A model generated the notes under the pieces. The model saw only the letters and a program-made list of their open reading frames with translations, did no database searches and was not told the DNA's origin. Both the position numbers and the translations under genes were made by a program. A stretch of DNA of 64,000 nucleotides from Rhodospirillaceae bacterium MC! (GTDB lineage Bacteria; Pseudomonadota; Alphaproteobacteria; MC1): NCBI GenBank assembly GCA_002632265.1, contig NQOV01000001.1:1579-65578 (forward strand), written 5' to 3'. The stretch's first letter is position 1. Each line of letters begins with the position of its first letter. Below are positions 49,826 through 59,384 of the stretch, in pieces.

Positions 49826-50695
49826 ATGGATAAATTACTATTACAATTCAAAGCCATAGTTGAAGATAAAAATATGAGCAAAGCGTCTGAAAGATTGTAT
49901 ATTGATCGCTCAACTTTATCAAAAAATATGGATTCGTTGGAGAAAAAGCTCAATATATTACTTTTAAAACGAACAAATAAGGGCGTTAATATCACAAATG
50001 AGGGAATGATTCTCTATAAAAGCATTTGCGAAATGAACATCACTTACGAAAATACACTCAATGAAATAAAATCCTTAAGTATTCACAACAACATCTTAAA
50101 TATCGGCTCGGATTTAGCAATTAATTACAATGTGTTACTAAATACTATCGCCAGAGTACAAGAGGACTATCCGCAAATGGTTATCCATGTAAAACAAGGA
50201 ACGTCATTAGATATGGCAAATGAGATTCTAAATAATGAGATTGATATCTTTATGGGGTCAGTCAGTGCTAAAAGTAGTAATATCGCCACGTTAGTTATTA
50301 ATGAGTTTGACAGAATCGAATACGGTCTTTTCCTTAATAACGATAATTTATTGCTAAGAGAAAGCCATATAGATAAAGCATTCTTAAATGATATGGATAT
50401 TTTTAACTGGTATTCGTTAAATAATTCCGATATCTTACATGAGTTCTTAGCTAAACATAAACTAAAACCCCATATGAAATTCACATCTGCCGATATTAAT
50501 ATGCTCTTAAATGTGGCTAAGGTTGATCATAAAGCGTGCGTTTTACTGCCCATGGAGTTAATGAATCTCGCAAGTGATCACAATTTAGGGATCTATAAGC
50601 CTTTTGATTTAACCTTGGAAGTGGCGACAGGAATTATATATAAAAATATAAATCAGAAACAAAGTTTGAAAATTTTTCTTAATAAACTCTTTTAA
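49826..50695 (+). CDS. LysR-family transcriptional regulator (divergent)
   Basis: The N-terminal HTH MSKASERLYIDRSTLSKNMDSLEKKLNILLLKRTNKGVNITNEG is the LysR HTH pattern. Start moved to 49826 (RBS aaggaaaat). Confidence 0.6.
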   Translation: MDKLLLQFKAIVEDKNMSKASERLYIDRSTLSKNMDSLEKKLNILLLKRTNKGVNITNEGMILYKSICEMNITYENTLNEIKSLSIHNNILNIGSDLAINYNVLLNTIARVQEDYPQMVIHVKQGTSLDMANEILNNEIDIFMGSVSAKSSNIATLVINEFDRIEYGLFLNNDNLLLRESHIDKAFLNDMDIFNWYSLNNSDILHEFLAKHKLKPHMKFTSADINMLLNVAKVDHKACVLLPMELMNLASDHNLGIYKPFDLTLEVATGIIYKNINQKQSLKIFLNKLF

Positions 50696-50799
50696 GTAAA
50701 TATCCCTTTATGTGATATTCTTTGAATTAATATTGATAAATACTTTTTTTTGTGATAATATAACGAATATGACAAAAATCAAAGAATCAAGGTATCTTA

Positions 50800-51801
50800 A
50801 TGGACATGAAAAAATATATTAAAACTTTATCTATAATTTCGCTCTTGATAAGTGTTACTCTAATATTTAGTGAAAATGTGAGTGCAAAACGCAATAGAAC
50901 CATTCCTGTATCATTGAGCGATAATATTACTGATCGTATTGATACGGAAAGCACTATCTTTAAACAAGCAACTAAAAATCTTGGGATAAAGTTGGCGATT
51001 ACATGGTCTCATGATAATGATTTAAGACAAATATCGCAAATTAATACATTAGTATCTAGAAAACCTAATTCCATTATTATCGGAACAAATAGCAATTCTA
51101 ATATAATGAGATATAGACTAAATCTATTACAAAATGATAACATCAAAGTATTACAATATGATAGCGTGGTAAATGGCTTTACTCCTGATATCTTATTTAC
51201 CTTTAATTATGAGGCTCTAGGGCGTAATCTTGCATTTGAGGCTTTGAAGAATTATGATAAAGGGAATATCTTGATTTTAATGTCTAAAGATAAGAAATTG
51301 CGAAGTATGTTAGTGGTTCGTGGCTTTTTAAGTGTGGTATCATCAAAAACATACGAAAATAACAAAACTCCAGAAGTGAAAGTGGTAGAGGTAAGCGACG
51401 AGCTACGCCCTGTAATTTCGACCTTAACAAGTTCTTTATCTAAGAACCATATTTCTATCGTTCTTTCTCTTTCATCAAAAATATCTAAGGCGATTGCTGA
51501 TGTTAATCAAAATAGCTTACTTGAGTTAAGTGATCTAACCCTAATAGGTGTGGGATACAGATATCAGAGTTTACTACAAGCAATGCAACAAAGTAAATAT
51601 AAACACATCATTTTAGGATATACTCCTTATAAAAATCTGTCTTATGCTACTGTATACACATTTTACTATAATTCCTATATTAAGAATTATAAACTTAAAT
51701 TAAAAAATATAAACTATAACGGAAAGAAAATACCTGCCTATCTCATTCCCGCAACAGTAATAACAGACGAAAATAAAACCGCACTCGCAGGACTGCAATA
51801 A
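50800..51801 (+). CDS. Periplasmic sugar-binding-protein-like (Peripla_BP fold) secreted protein. Orphan
   Basis: Signal peptide (…LLISVTLIFSENVSA). An alternating beta-alpha pattern and ...ILIL...VV patterns resemble RbsB/LsrB-type binding proteins. Similarity is weak. Confidence 0.45.
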   Translation: MDMKKYIKTLSIISLLISVTLIFSENVSAKRNRTIPVSLSDNITDRIDTESTIFKQATKNLGIKLAITWSHDNDLRQISQINTLVSRKPNSIIIGTNSNSNIMRYRLNLLQNDNIKVLQYDSVVNGFTPDILFTFNYEALGRNLAFEALKNYDKGNILILMSKDKKLRSMLVVRGFLSVVSSKTYENNKTPEVKVVEVSDELRPVISTLTSSLSKNHISIVLSLSSKISKAIADVNQNSLLELSDLTLIGVGYRYQSLLQAMQQSKYKHIILGYTPYKNLSYATVYTFYYNSYIKNYKLKLKNINYNGKKIPAYLIPATVITDENKTALAGLQ

Positions 51802-51940
51802 TTACTTTTTTCGTAAAGAAAATAAATTATATAGAAAAAGCTTGTGTTTTTCTTTTTTACGTATTATAATAACTTAATAGTATATTAATAACAGATTAAT
51901 ATAATTTTGATCTTTGTAATTGAAAGGTAGGATTAAGATA

Positions 51941-53032
51941 ATGGCTCAAAAAAAACGTATTGGTGTGTTGACATCAGGTGGAGATTGTTCGGGTTTAAAC
52001 GCTGCTATTCGTGCGGTTGTGCTTAGAGCAGATGAATTAGGTTGGGAAGTATACGGAATTAACGACGGTACAGGCGGTTTATTAGAGCGTCCCATGAAGT
52101 ATAAGCATTTGAAAGCCAACAGTATCTTGGAAACAATCTCTATGGAAGGTGGGTCTTACTTGCGTTCTATCAATAAGGGCGATCCTTTCGCATTCCCAAT
52201 GCCAGACGGTACTAAAAAAGATAGAGTGGATGAGATCGCTGCAGGGGCAAAAGAGCTTGGTTTATCGGCTTTAATCACTATCGGTGGCGATGGTTCTATG
52301 GATATCGTTGGTCGCATTTGTGATCGTTCGGGCTTGGATTTCATAGGTATACCTAAAACTATTGACGGCGACGCTCCATTCTCGGAAGCAATGATCGGCT
52401 TTGATACTGCTATCAGACAAGTTGTTGACGCTATCGACGCAACAAGAACAACCGCAGCATCTCATAATCGTTGTATCGTTACGGAAACTATGGGGCGTGG
52501 TGCTGGGCATTTAGCTTTACATGCAGGCTTGGCCGCTGGTGCTGATGTTATCCTATTACCAGAACAAGAATACGATTTCGATAAGGTAAAGGCAAAATTA
52601 GAAGATGTAGCTCAAAAGCGTAATTATGCGGTGGTAGTAGTAGCCGAAGCAGCTCAAGAAAAACATTCAGAGCAAAAAGTAATCGGTCATAATATCGACG
52701 GAACTCCAGTGTTTGGCGGTGCAGCTCGTACTTTGGCAGATAGAATCGTTGAATCAGGTGCTTGGGGCGATACTCGTTATCAAGCCTTAGGACATACCCA
52801 ACGTGGCGGTAAACCAACTCAAACAGATCGCCTATATGGTGCTATCTTTGGAGTGGCTGCCGTTGATCTCATTAACGAAGGCAAAACCAACCGCATGGTG
52901 TGTATACGTAATGGTAAACTGGACAGTGTTTCACTGGAAGAAGTTCTTAATATTAAAGAATATCCTAACGTTAAACTTGATACAGATTTATACTTTAACA
53001 CTGCTAAGCGTTTAGGTATTTGTTTGGGTTAA
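51941..53032 (+). CDS. pfk: 6-phosphofructokinase (GGDGS, ATP-type signature)
   Basis: RIGVLTSGGDCSGLNAAIR, ITIGGDGS and PKTIDGD motifs. Start set at the ATG at 51941 after the RBS, rather than the TTG at 51920. Confidence 0.85.
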   Translation: MAQKKRIGVLTSGGDCSGLNAAIRAVVLRADELGWEVYGINDGTGGLLERPMKYKHLKANSILETISMEGGSYLRSINKGDPFAFPMPDGTKKDRVDEIAAGAKELGLSALITIGGDGSMDIVGRICDRSGLDFIGIPKTIDGDAPFSEAMIGFDTAIRQVVDAIDATRTTAASHNRCIVTETMGRGAGHLALHAGLAAGADVILLPEQEYDFDKVKAKLEDVAQKRNYAVVVVAEAAQEKHSEQKVIGHNIDGTPVFGGAARTLADRIVESGAWGDTRYQALGHTQRGGKPTQTDRLYGAIFGVAAVDLINEGKTNRMVCIRNGKLDSVSLEEVLNIKEYPNVKLDTDLYFNTAKRLGICLG

Positions 53033-53264
53033 GATAAAGATAAAATAAACTTATTCGTTTATTTACTTCTTAAAATCTACAGCTAAAAAAGATAGATAGT
53101 GTTTTACATTCTCTATCTTTTTTTACTGCGTGTAATGTGATTGATCGGATTAATCTCCATAAAAATTAAAAAACTGTTGTATATTAAACAAAAGTAATGT
53201 ATAATAAATAATACGAAAGTGAAAACACAAAGTAAAAATACAAAAGTAAAGAAGATGTCTTATA

Positions 53265-53882
53265 ATGATCATATTTAAAAATTTTAACTTAAGTTATGGC
53301 GAGAAAGTTATATTTAACAATTTTAATCTAAGAATAGCAGATAAGGATAAGATTCTCTTTACTGCTCCGTCAGGTGGAGGGAAATCTTCCTTGATAAAAT
53401 CTTTGTTAGGATTCGAAAAGCTCGAAGATGAAAATACAATTCTCTATAATGATACTCCGTTAACCATAGCTAACTTACTAAAATTAAGAGAGCATATCGC
53501 TTATGTGAGTCAAGATGTAGATTTACGAGAAGAGATATTAGGAGATCTGTTAAAGGAGATTTTTAATTATAAAATCAATCATCATTGTAAATATAACGAG
53601 CAGAAGTTCATAGATCTTGCAAGCTTTTTTAATTTGGATTCAATAGTGCTAACTAAAAATGTAAATCAGCTTTCAGGCGGAGAAAGGCAAAGGGTAGGTA
53701 TAATTATATCCCTACTGTTAGAGCGAGAAATTCTCATCCTCGATGAGCCAACATCGGCACTAGATAAAGGATTGAAAAATAAAGTAGTAGATTACATCCT
53801 TGATCTAGATAAAACAGTAATAATCATATCCCATGATGATGAATGGCATACTCATCACGCCATTCAAAAAATCTCATGGTAA
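53265..53882 (+). CDS. Short ABC ATPase, FetA/YbbL-like
   Basis: 205 aa. Walker A APSGGGKSS, signature LSGGERQR, Walker B ILILDEP, H-loop ISHD. It is followed by a UPF0014/FetB-like permease. Confidence 0.7.
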   Translation: MIIFKNFNLSYGEKVIFNNFNLRIADKDKILFTAPSGGGKSSLIKSLLGFEKLEDENTILYNDTPLTIANLLKLREHIAYVSQDVDLREEILGDLLKEIFNYKINHHCKYNEQKFIDLASFFNLDSIVLTKNVNQLSGGERQRVGIIISLLLEREILILDEPTSALDKGLKNKVVDYILDLDKTVIIISHDDEWHTHHAIQKISW

Positions 53883-54096
53883 AGGGGTGTAAAAGCACTC
53901 ATTCAGCGTCCTTAAGTGGGGCTTATGTAAGCGTGTAAGTACACGACGCCCCACTTAAGAACGCTGACTAAGTACTTTTACCACCCTTTGGAGCTTTTGG
54001 AGGGTAAAAGCACTCATTTTAGCGTTCTTAAGTGGGGCTTATGTAAGCGTGTTAGTACGCTCCATAATCTATGTAAGCGTGTAGTACAGGCTCTCC
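53883..54096. repeat. Two tandem copies (the second disrupted) of the palindromic intergenic element with a core hairpin
   Basis: Copy 1 has TIRs ggggtgtaaaagcactcattcagcg ... cgctgactaagtacttttaccaccc. Its core cttaagtggggcttatgtaagcgtgtaagtacacgacgccccacttaag is homologous to the hairpin in the 10061 array units. Confidence 0.7.
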
Positions 54097-54140
54097 ATTT
54101 TAATCATTGAAATTCAAAACAAAAAATAAGGAAAATACAC

Positions 54141-54926
54141 ATGAATCAGGTTTATCAAGAAATATCTTATTATGGTTTAGCTTTAATCTTAATCCCTATG
54201 TTGATTGTCTTTGGCGTTAATCACTATTTGCGACTGTTTACTATCAATAAAAAAATGGCCATAGGTTTGGTTCGTGCTTTTGTCCAATTATCTTTGATTG
54301 GGATTGTTTTAACATATATTTTTAAAGCAAATAGTACTTATGTGAATCTTGCCTATTATGCCTTTATGTTGGTGGTGGCTTCCTATTCTTCCTTATCGAG
54401 TACTAAGCTTTCCATACGTAAGAATATTATACCTATATTTATCAGTATGTTAATTGCTACATTTTTCATGTTGATCTTTTTTAATATGTTTGTAGTGAAG
54501 TTAAACAATGTCTTTCAAGCTCAATATTTTGTAATTCTAAATGGTATGATGTTAGGAGCTTGCTTAAATGGGAGCGTGCTGGCAATCAATCGCTTTTATG
54601 ATTCCATTGTTGAGAACGAGAAAAAATATTATTACGGCTTATGTTTTAGTAATAATCGTTTGGAGGCCTTAAAGCCATATTTTAGAGAATCTATTGTTAT
54701 AGTTTTAAAGCCGTCCATTGCCAATTTGGAAATATTGGGTTTAGTGGCCTTACCTGGTACTCTTACAGGGCAGATCTTGGCTGGTAGTTCGCCACTTTCG
54801 GCGGTGAAATATCAAATTGCTATCGCCTTTACTATGCCCATTATTAAGTATATAGCCACTGTTTTAGCTCTCTTTCTGACCGCCATGATCAATTTTGATA
54901 AGACTGGCAGACTAAATCTTAAGTAA
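54141..54926 (+). CDS. UPF0014-family ABC permease (FetB/YbbM-like)
   Basis: 261 aa with about seven TM segments. The size and pairing with a 205-aa ATPase are typical of the FetAB iron-export type. Confidence 0.6.
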   Translation: MNQVYQEISYYGLALILIPMLIVFGVNHYLRLFTINKKMAIGLVRAFVQLSLIGIVLTYIFKANSTYVNLAYYAFMLVVASYSSLSSTKLSIRKNIIPIFISMLIATFFMLIFFNMFVVKLNNVFQAQYFVILNGMMLGACLNGSVLAINRFYDSIVENEKKYYYGLCFSNNRLEALKPYFRESIVIVLKPSIANLEILGLVALPGTLTGQILAGSSPLSAVKYQIAIAFTMPIIKYIATVLALFLTAMINFDKTGRLNLK

Positions 54927-54929
54927 GTA

Positions 54930-54963
54930 AGGGGCGTGAAAAAGCACTCATTCAGTCGTTTTT
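54930..54963. repeat. Solo half-copy (left end only) of the palindromic element after the fetB-like stop
   Basis: ggggcgtgaaaaagcactcattcagtcg followed by tttttc. Confidence 0.45.
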
Positions 54964-55014
54964 CTCATTCCTTAGTAGTATTTTAAAAAATAGTATTTTA
55001 AAAAAATATTGTTG

Positions 55015-55043
55015 TTGACAAAGATATTTTTCTCTGATACAAT
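55015..55043 (+). promoter_or_regulatory. Sigma-70-type promoter for metE (TTGACA-17-TACAAT)
   Basis: ttgaca (55015-55020), a 17-bp spacer, tacaat (55038-55043). About 210 nt upstream of the metE ATG. Confidence 0.5.
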
Positions 55044-55255
55044 AGCAAAATGTAAAGAGTAGCATATGTACATTTGAATCTCAGCTTGCAAACATATGCG
55101 TTTTAATACTTAGCTAAAGAGAGAAATTTATTTTGATATATGACTTATATCATGTTTCATGTTACAGACAAGTAAATTATATTTACGCTTTTCTTAAATT
55201 AAGCTTTGTAGTTAAAATTACTCGATTTTTATTTTTATAGACATTTGGAGTTATT

Positions 55256-57532
55256 ATGACACAATCTACTATTTTAGGATATCCCCGCATAGGGAAAAAA
55301 AGAGAATTAAAATTCACCCTTGAAAAATATTGGCGTGGCGAGTTAACGGAAAAAGATGTTATCGCCGTTGCTAACGAATCAAAACAATACAATTTAGATA
55401 CTCAAAAATCAGCAGGAATCGACGTTTTACCATTTAATGATTTTGCTTATTATGATCAGATCCTAACTCACACAGTTTTAATTAATGCCTTACCTAAGCG
55501 TTATAAGGATCTTGAAAATGTTTCTTATTTAGAGCGATATTTTGCCGCTGCTCGTGGTATCAAAGGGAATTCCGACGTTACTGCCATGGAAATGACAAAA
55601 TGGTTTGATACAAACTATCATTACATCGTACCGCAACTAGATAAAGATCAAGATTTTTCAATCGCTTATGAAGATATCTTTAATGAATATAAAGAGCGTA
55701 AAGCACAAGGATATAATTTACGTCCTGTTATTGTTGGTCCTGTAACATATTTGAGTATTTCTAAATCTCACAATTGTGATCCGTTGGATTTAATTGAGAA
55801 AATTATCCCTGTTTATTTAGATATCCTAGCTAAATTCAAAAGTGCAGGAGCTGAAACAATCCAAATCGATGAGCCGATTCTTGCTTTAGATCTTTCGAGC
55901 AAACAAAAATCCGCTTTTAAAACCGCATACGCTAAATTATCAAAGGGCGATCTGCCTATCTTCCTAGCTACTTATTTTGAAGGCTTAAGAGATAATACAG
56001 ATCTTGCTTTATCTTTAGGTGTGGAAACTCTTCATGTGGATCTTGTGCGTTCGCCGTCGCAGTTGGATGATGTGTTGGCTAAGATAGATAGTAAGTTAAA
56101 TCTTTCTTTAGGTGTGGTTAATGGTCGTAACATTTGGAAAAATGACATTGAAACATCCATTGATCTAGTGGAAAAAGCAGTGGCGAAAATTGGTAAAGAG
56201 CGTATAAGTGTGGCTAGTTCTTGTTCTTTATTGCATACGCCTTATGATTTAGATTTTGAAGAGAAATTAGAGGCAGATCTTAAGGACGGCTTGGCATTTT
56301 CTAAACAGAAACTATCTGAAATTGCAATTATTACTAAAGCCATTAATAATGGCCGTGATTCTGTGAAAGCGGAAATCGATGCTTGTAAGAAATCCATAGA
56401 ACGCCGTAAAAATTCTTCATTGATTAATAATAAAGCAGTGCAAGAACGTGTTAAGAATTTCGTTCCTAAGGACGCACAACGTCATAGCCCTTTTGATGTT
56501 CGTATTAAAGCTCAACAAGACCGTTTAAATTTACCCGCTTTTCCAACTACAACAATTGGATCATTACCACAAACTATCGACGTTCGTAAGAAACGCCTTG
56601 CCAATCGTAAGGGCGAGTTGTCGAATGCCGAATATAATGAGTTCATTAAGCAACAGATCCAAGATTCTGTTAAATTCCAAGAAAGTATTGATCTTGATGT
56701 CTTAGTACATGGGGAATTCGAACGTAATGATATGGTGGAATACTTCGGCGAAAATATTAATGGTATGGCTTTCTCGGGTTTCGGTTGGGTGCAATCATAT
56801 GGTTCTCGTTGTGTGAAACCGCCTGTAATTTTCGGCGATATCGACCGTGCTAAGGCGATTACTGTGGAATGGACAAAATATTCGCAATCATTAACAAAAT
56901 TACCTATGAAAGCCATGCTTACAGGGCCTATTACTATGTTAAAATGGTCTTTTGTGCGTGAAGATATCCCATTGCGTGATATTTGCTTGCAAATGGCGTA
57001 TGCTTTACGTGATGAAGTGAACGAGCTAGCAGAAGAAGGGATTGCTGTAATTCAAATTGATGAGCCTGCCATTCGTGAGGGTCTGCCACTGCGTAAGGCT
57101 GATCAAGCAGAATACATCGAATCTTCTATTCAATGTTATCGTGTGTCTTCGTCAGGTGTTGCCGATGATGTGCAAATCCATTCTCACATGTGTTATTCTG
57201 AATTTAACGATATTATGCCTGCAATTATTGCCATGGATTCCGATGTGCTATCAATCGAGGCCTCTAGAAGTCAGTTAGATATTATGGAAATTTTCCAAGA
57301 ACATAAGTATCCGCAAGAAATCGGCTTGGGTGTGTATGATATCCATTCGCCACGCATTCCTACAGAAGAAGAAATGGCAAATGTTCTAAATGCTGCACGT
57401 AAATATTTAGGCGATCATCAAATATGGGTTAATCCAGATTGTGGCTTAAAAACACGTGGATGGGCAGAGGTTAAACCTGCACTTGAATCAATGGTTAAAG
57501 TAGCTAAAAAATTACGTCAAGAAGTAAAATAA
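55256..57532 (+). CDS. metE: Cobalamin-independent methionine synthase
   Basis: 758 aa. ILGYPRIGKKRELK N-terminus and the C-terminal Zn/homocysteine-binding domain (…HMCYSEF…) are present. RBS ggag. Confidence 0.95.
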   Translation: MTQSTILGYPRIGKKRELKFTLEKYWRGELTEKDVIAVANESKQYNLDTQKSAGIDVLPFNDFAYYDQILTHTVLINALPKRYKDLENVSYLERYFAAARGIKGNSDVTAMEMTKWFDTNYHYIVPQLDKDQDFSIAYEDIFNEYKERKAQGYNLRPVIVGPVTYLSISKSHNCDPLDLIEKIIPVYLDILAKFKSAGAETIQIDEPILALDLSSKQKSAFKTAYAKLSKGDLPIFLATYFEGLRDNTDLALSLGVETLHVDLVRSPSQLDDVLAKIDSKLNLSLGVVNGRNIWKNDIETSIDLVEKAVAKIGKERISVASSCSLLHTPYDLDFEEKLEADLKDGLAFSKQKLSEIAIITKAINNGRDSVKAEIDACKKSIERRKNSSLINNKAVQERVKNFVPKDAQRHSPFDVRIKAQQDRLNLPAFPTTTIGSLPQTIDVRKKRLANRKGELSNAEYNEFIKQQIQDSVKFQESIDLDVLVHGEFERNDMVEYFGENINGMAFSGFGWVQSYGSRCVKPPVIFGDIDRAKAITVEWTKYSQSLTKLPMKAMLTGPITMLKWSFVREDIPLRDICLQMAYALRDEVNELAEEGIAVIQIDEPAIREGLPLRKADQAEYIESSIQCYRVSSSGVADDVQIHSHMCYSEFNDIMPAIIAMDSDVLSIEASRSQLDIMEIFQEHKYPQEIGLGVYDIHSPRIPTEEEMANVLNAARKYLGDHQIWVNPDCGLKTRGWAEVKPALESMVKVAKKLRQEVK

Positions 57533-57641
57533 GTTGCTAATATCATAACATATAAGTAAACGAAAGTAAGAAGTTATTTGATTAGATCCCTATGGGAGCA
57601 TTTAGATAACTTCTTATTATTTAAGAAAGGTTGAATGTATC

Positions 57642-58478
57642 ATGGTAAATTTTAGTTATGAAGTGTTCCCACCAGTTTCCGAAGATAAACAAGATGAGTT
57701 TATAGCTACTGTAAAAAATTTAAGTTCCTACAATCCGAAATTTATATCCGTAACATGCACCGCAAAAGATAGAAAAGATACATCTACTTTAAAGGTGTTA
57801 GAGGCGTTAAAAAAAGAAATATCTACCCCTTTGGCGGTTCATTTAATATGTTCAAATAAAACCAAAGAAGAAGTGCGAGAAATGGCCCTACACTATTGGG
57901 AAATGGGCGTACGCCATATTATAGCCCTAAGGGGCGATGCTCCTGTAGGCGAGAAATACGTCCCTAAAGAAGATGGTTACGGATACGCTAATGAATTAGT
58001 CCAAGCCTTAAAAGAATTAAGAGATTTTAAAATCAGCGTTGCAGGTTATCCAGAAACCCATTATGAATCCCTTAACATTCAATCGGATATTGACTATTTA
58101 AAAGCCAAAGTGGACGCAGGGGCAGATAACATCATATCCCAATTCTTTTTTGATCCTGAAGTCTTTTTACGCTTTAGGGATAGAGTGGTAAAAGCAGGAA
58201 TCGAAGTGCCTATCTTACCAGGAATTCTGCCCATATTGAATTTCAAAGGCCTAATCAAATTCGCTACCCGTTGCCAAACCAACGTGCCAAGCTTTTTACA
58301 TGATATGTTTAAAGACTTCCATAAGGATAGCCTAGATCATAAACTTCTTGCCATGAACGTACTTTCCCACCAAATAACCAAACTAATGTCTGAAGGTGTA
58401 GAAGACTATCATTTATATTCTCTAAACCAATCGGAAATAGTAACTCATGCTTCCCACTGGTTAAAGACCGCCTTCTAA
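57642..58478 (+). CDS. metF: 5,10-methylenetetrahydrofolate reductase
   Basis: VSFEVFPP N-terminus and a TIM-barrel MTHFR core. It is adjacent to metE. Confidence 0.85.
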   Translation: MVNFSYEVFPPVSEDKQDEFIATVKNLSSYNPKFISVTCTAKDRKDTSTLKVLEALKKEISTPLAVHLICSNKTKEEVREMALHYWEMGVRHIIALRGDAPVGEKYVPKEDGYGYANELVQALKELRDFKISVAGYPETHYESLNIQSDIDYLKAKVDAGADNIISQFFFDPEVFLRFRDRVVKAGIEVPILPGILPILNFKGLIKFATRCQTNVPSFLHDMFKDFHKDSLDHKLLAMNVLSHQITKLMSEGVEDYHLYSLNQSEIVTHASHWLKTAF

Positions 58479-58505
58479 ATGGGTGTGTAATACTTGTGTA
58501 AGATA

Positions 58506-58546
58506 AAAAAGACAGATTATAAAGTAATTTATAATCTGTCTTTTTG
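58506..58546. terminator. Bidirectional rho-independent terminator between metF and flgH
   Basis: aaaagacagattataaa-gtaa-tttataatctgtcttttt. Confidence 0.8.
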
Positions 58547-58574
58547 TGTGGTTAAAGGGTATTCTCTTAAGTTA

Positions 58575-59336
58575 TTAGAATGGAGAGATTATGTCGAAGA
58601 ATTGAGTGCCGTATGATGGTTTTTGGGCGTCGGATATGATACCACGGCCGCTATAATTGATTCGGAATTCGGCGATTTGGTTGTGGCTGATTGAGTTATC
58701 AACTTGGATATCTTGTGGTCTTACCACACCTTTTACTTCCAGTTGGCGAAGTTCGTTATTAACTCTGGCTTCTTGGTGTCCTACAATTATTAGGTTACCG
58801 TTTGGTAAGACTTGGGTAATAATTGCTGCAACTTTTAAGTTTAAGCTTTCTGATCTCGAAATTGAGCCAGCTCCTGAATCGGTTCTTGAAGATCCGCCAT
58901 TTACCAGTTTACCTAGATCTGCACCCTTTGGTAATACTTTGGTTAAGGTTTTACCAAAGCCCATAATGTTGGAAATTCCACGTTGGCGAGAGTTACTGTA
59001 TGATGCTGATGTGGTATTTGAGAAATCGGCACTATCGTTAATGTTAACATTTACGGTAATAATATCGCCCACTTCTTTACCACGTTGATCTTTAAAGAAT
59101 GATGAAGAACCATGCGTCCATAAACTATTTAAGCTATGTTGTACCTTGTGAGGTTTGGGCATGGGCATGGTTACAGGTTTATAACCCTCTGCAGTAATTG
59201 GATTTTCGATGGCACTAAGTTGCGGACCATCGCCGATATCTGATAAATCAGTAAAAAAATGACATCCAGTCATTAACGTAACTAAAGTTAATGTTGCGGT
59301 CATTTTTGTGATTTTATTTAACAAATTATTTCTCAT
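58575..59336 (-). CDS. flgH: Flagellar L-ring lipoprotein
   Basis: Lipoprotein signal (LMTGC). FlgH core motifs (…GDIITVNVNI…, …ITQVLPNGNLIIVG…). Confidence 0.9.
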   Translation of the reverse strand: MRNNLLNKITKMTATLTLVTLMTGCHFFTDLSDIGDGPQLSAIENPITAEGYKPVTMPMPKPHKVQHSLNSLWTHGSSSFFKDQRGKEVGDIITVNVNINDSADFSNTTSASYSNSRQRGISNIMGFGKTLTKVLPKGADLGKLVNGGSSRTDSGAGSISRSESLNLKVAAIITQVLPNGNLIIVGHQEARVNNELRQLEVKGVVRPQDIQVDNSISHNQIAEFRINYSGRGIISDAQKPSYGTQFFDIISPF

Positions 59337-59384
59337 AATCTTCCTTATAATAACTTATAAAATATTTTACCCTAAAATATTTCT

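Noticed and set aside
55044-55255. Cobalamin riboswitch upstream of metE
   Set aside because: I could not find the conserved B12-box (GCCACTG-like) or the typical G/C-rich core. I record only a generic hairpin/U-tract leader as a candidate.
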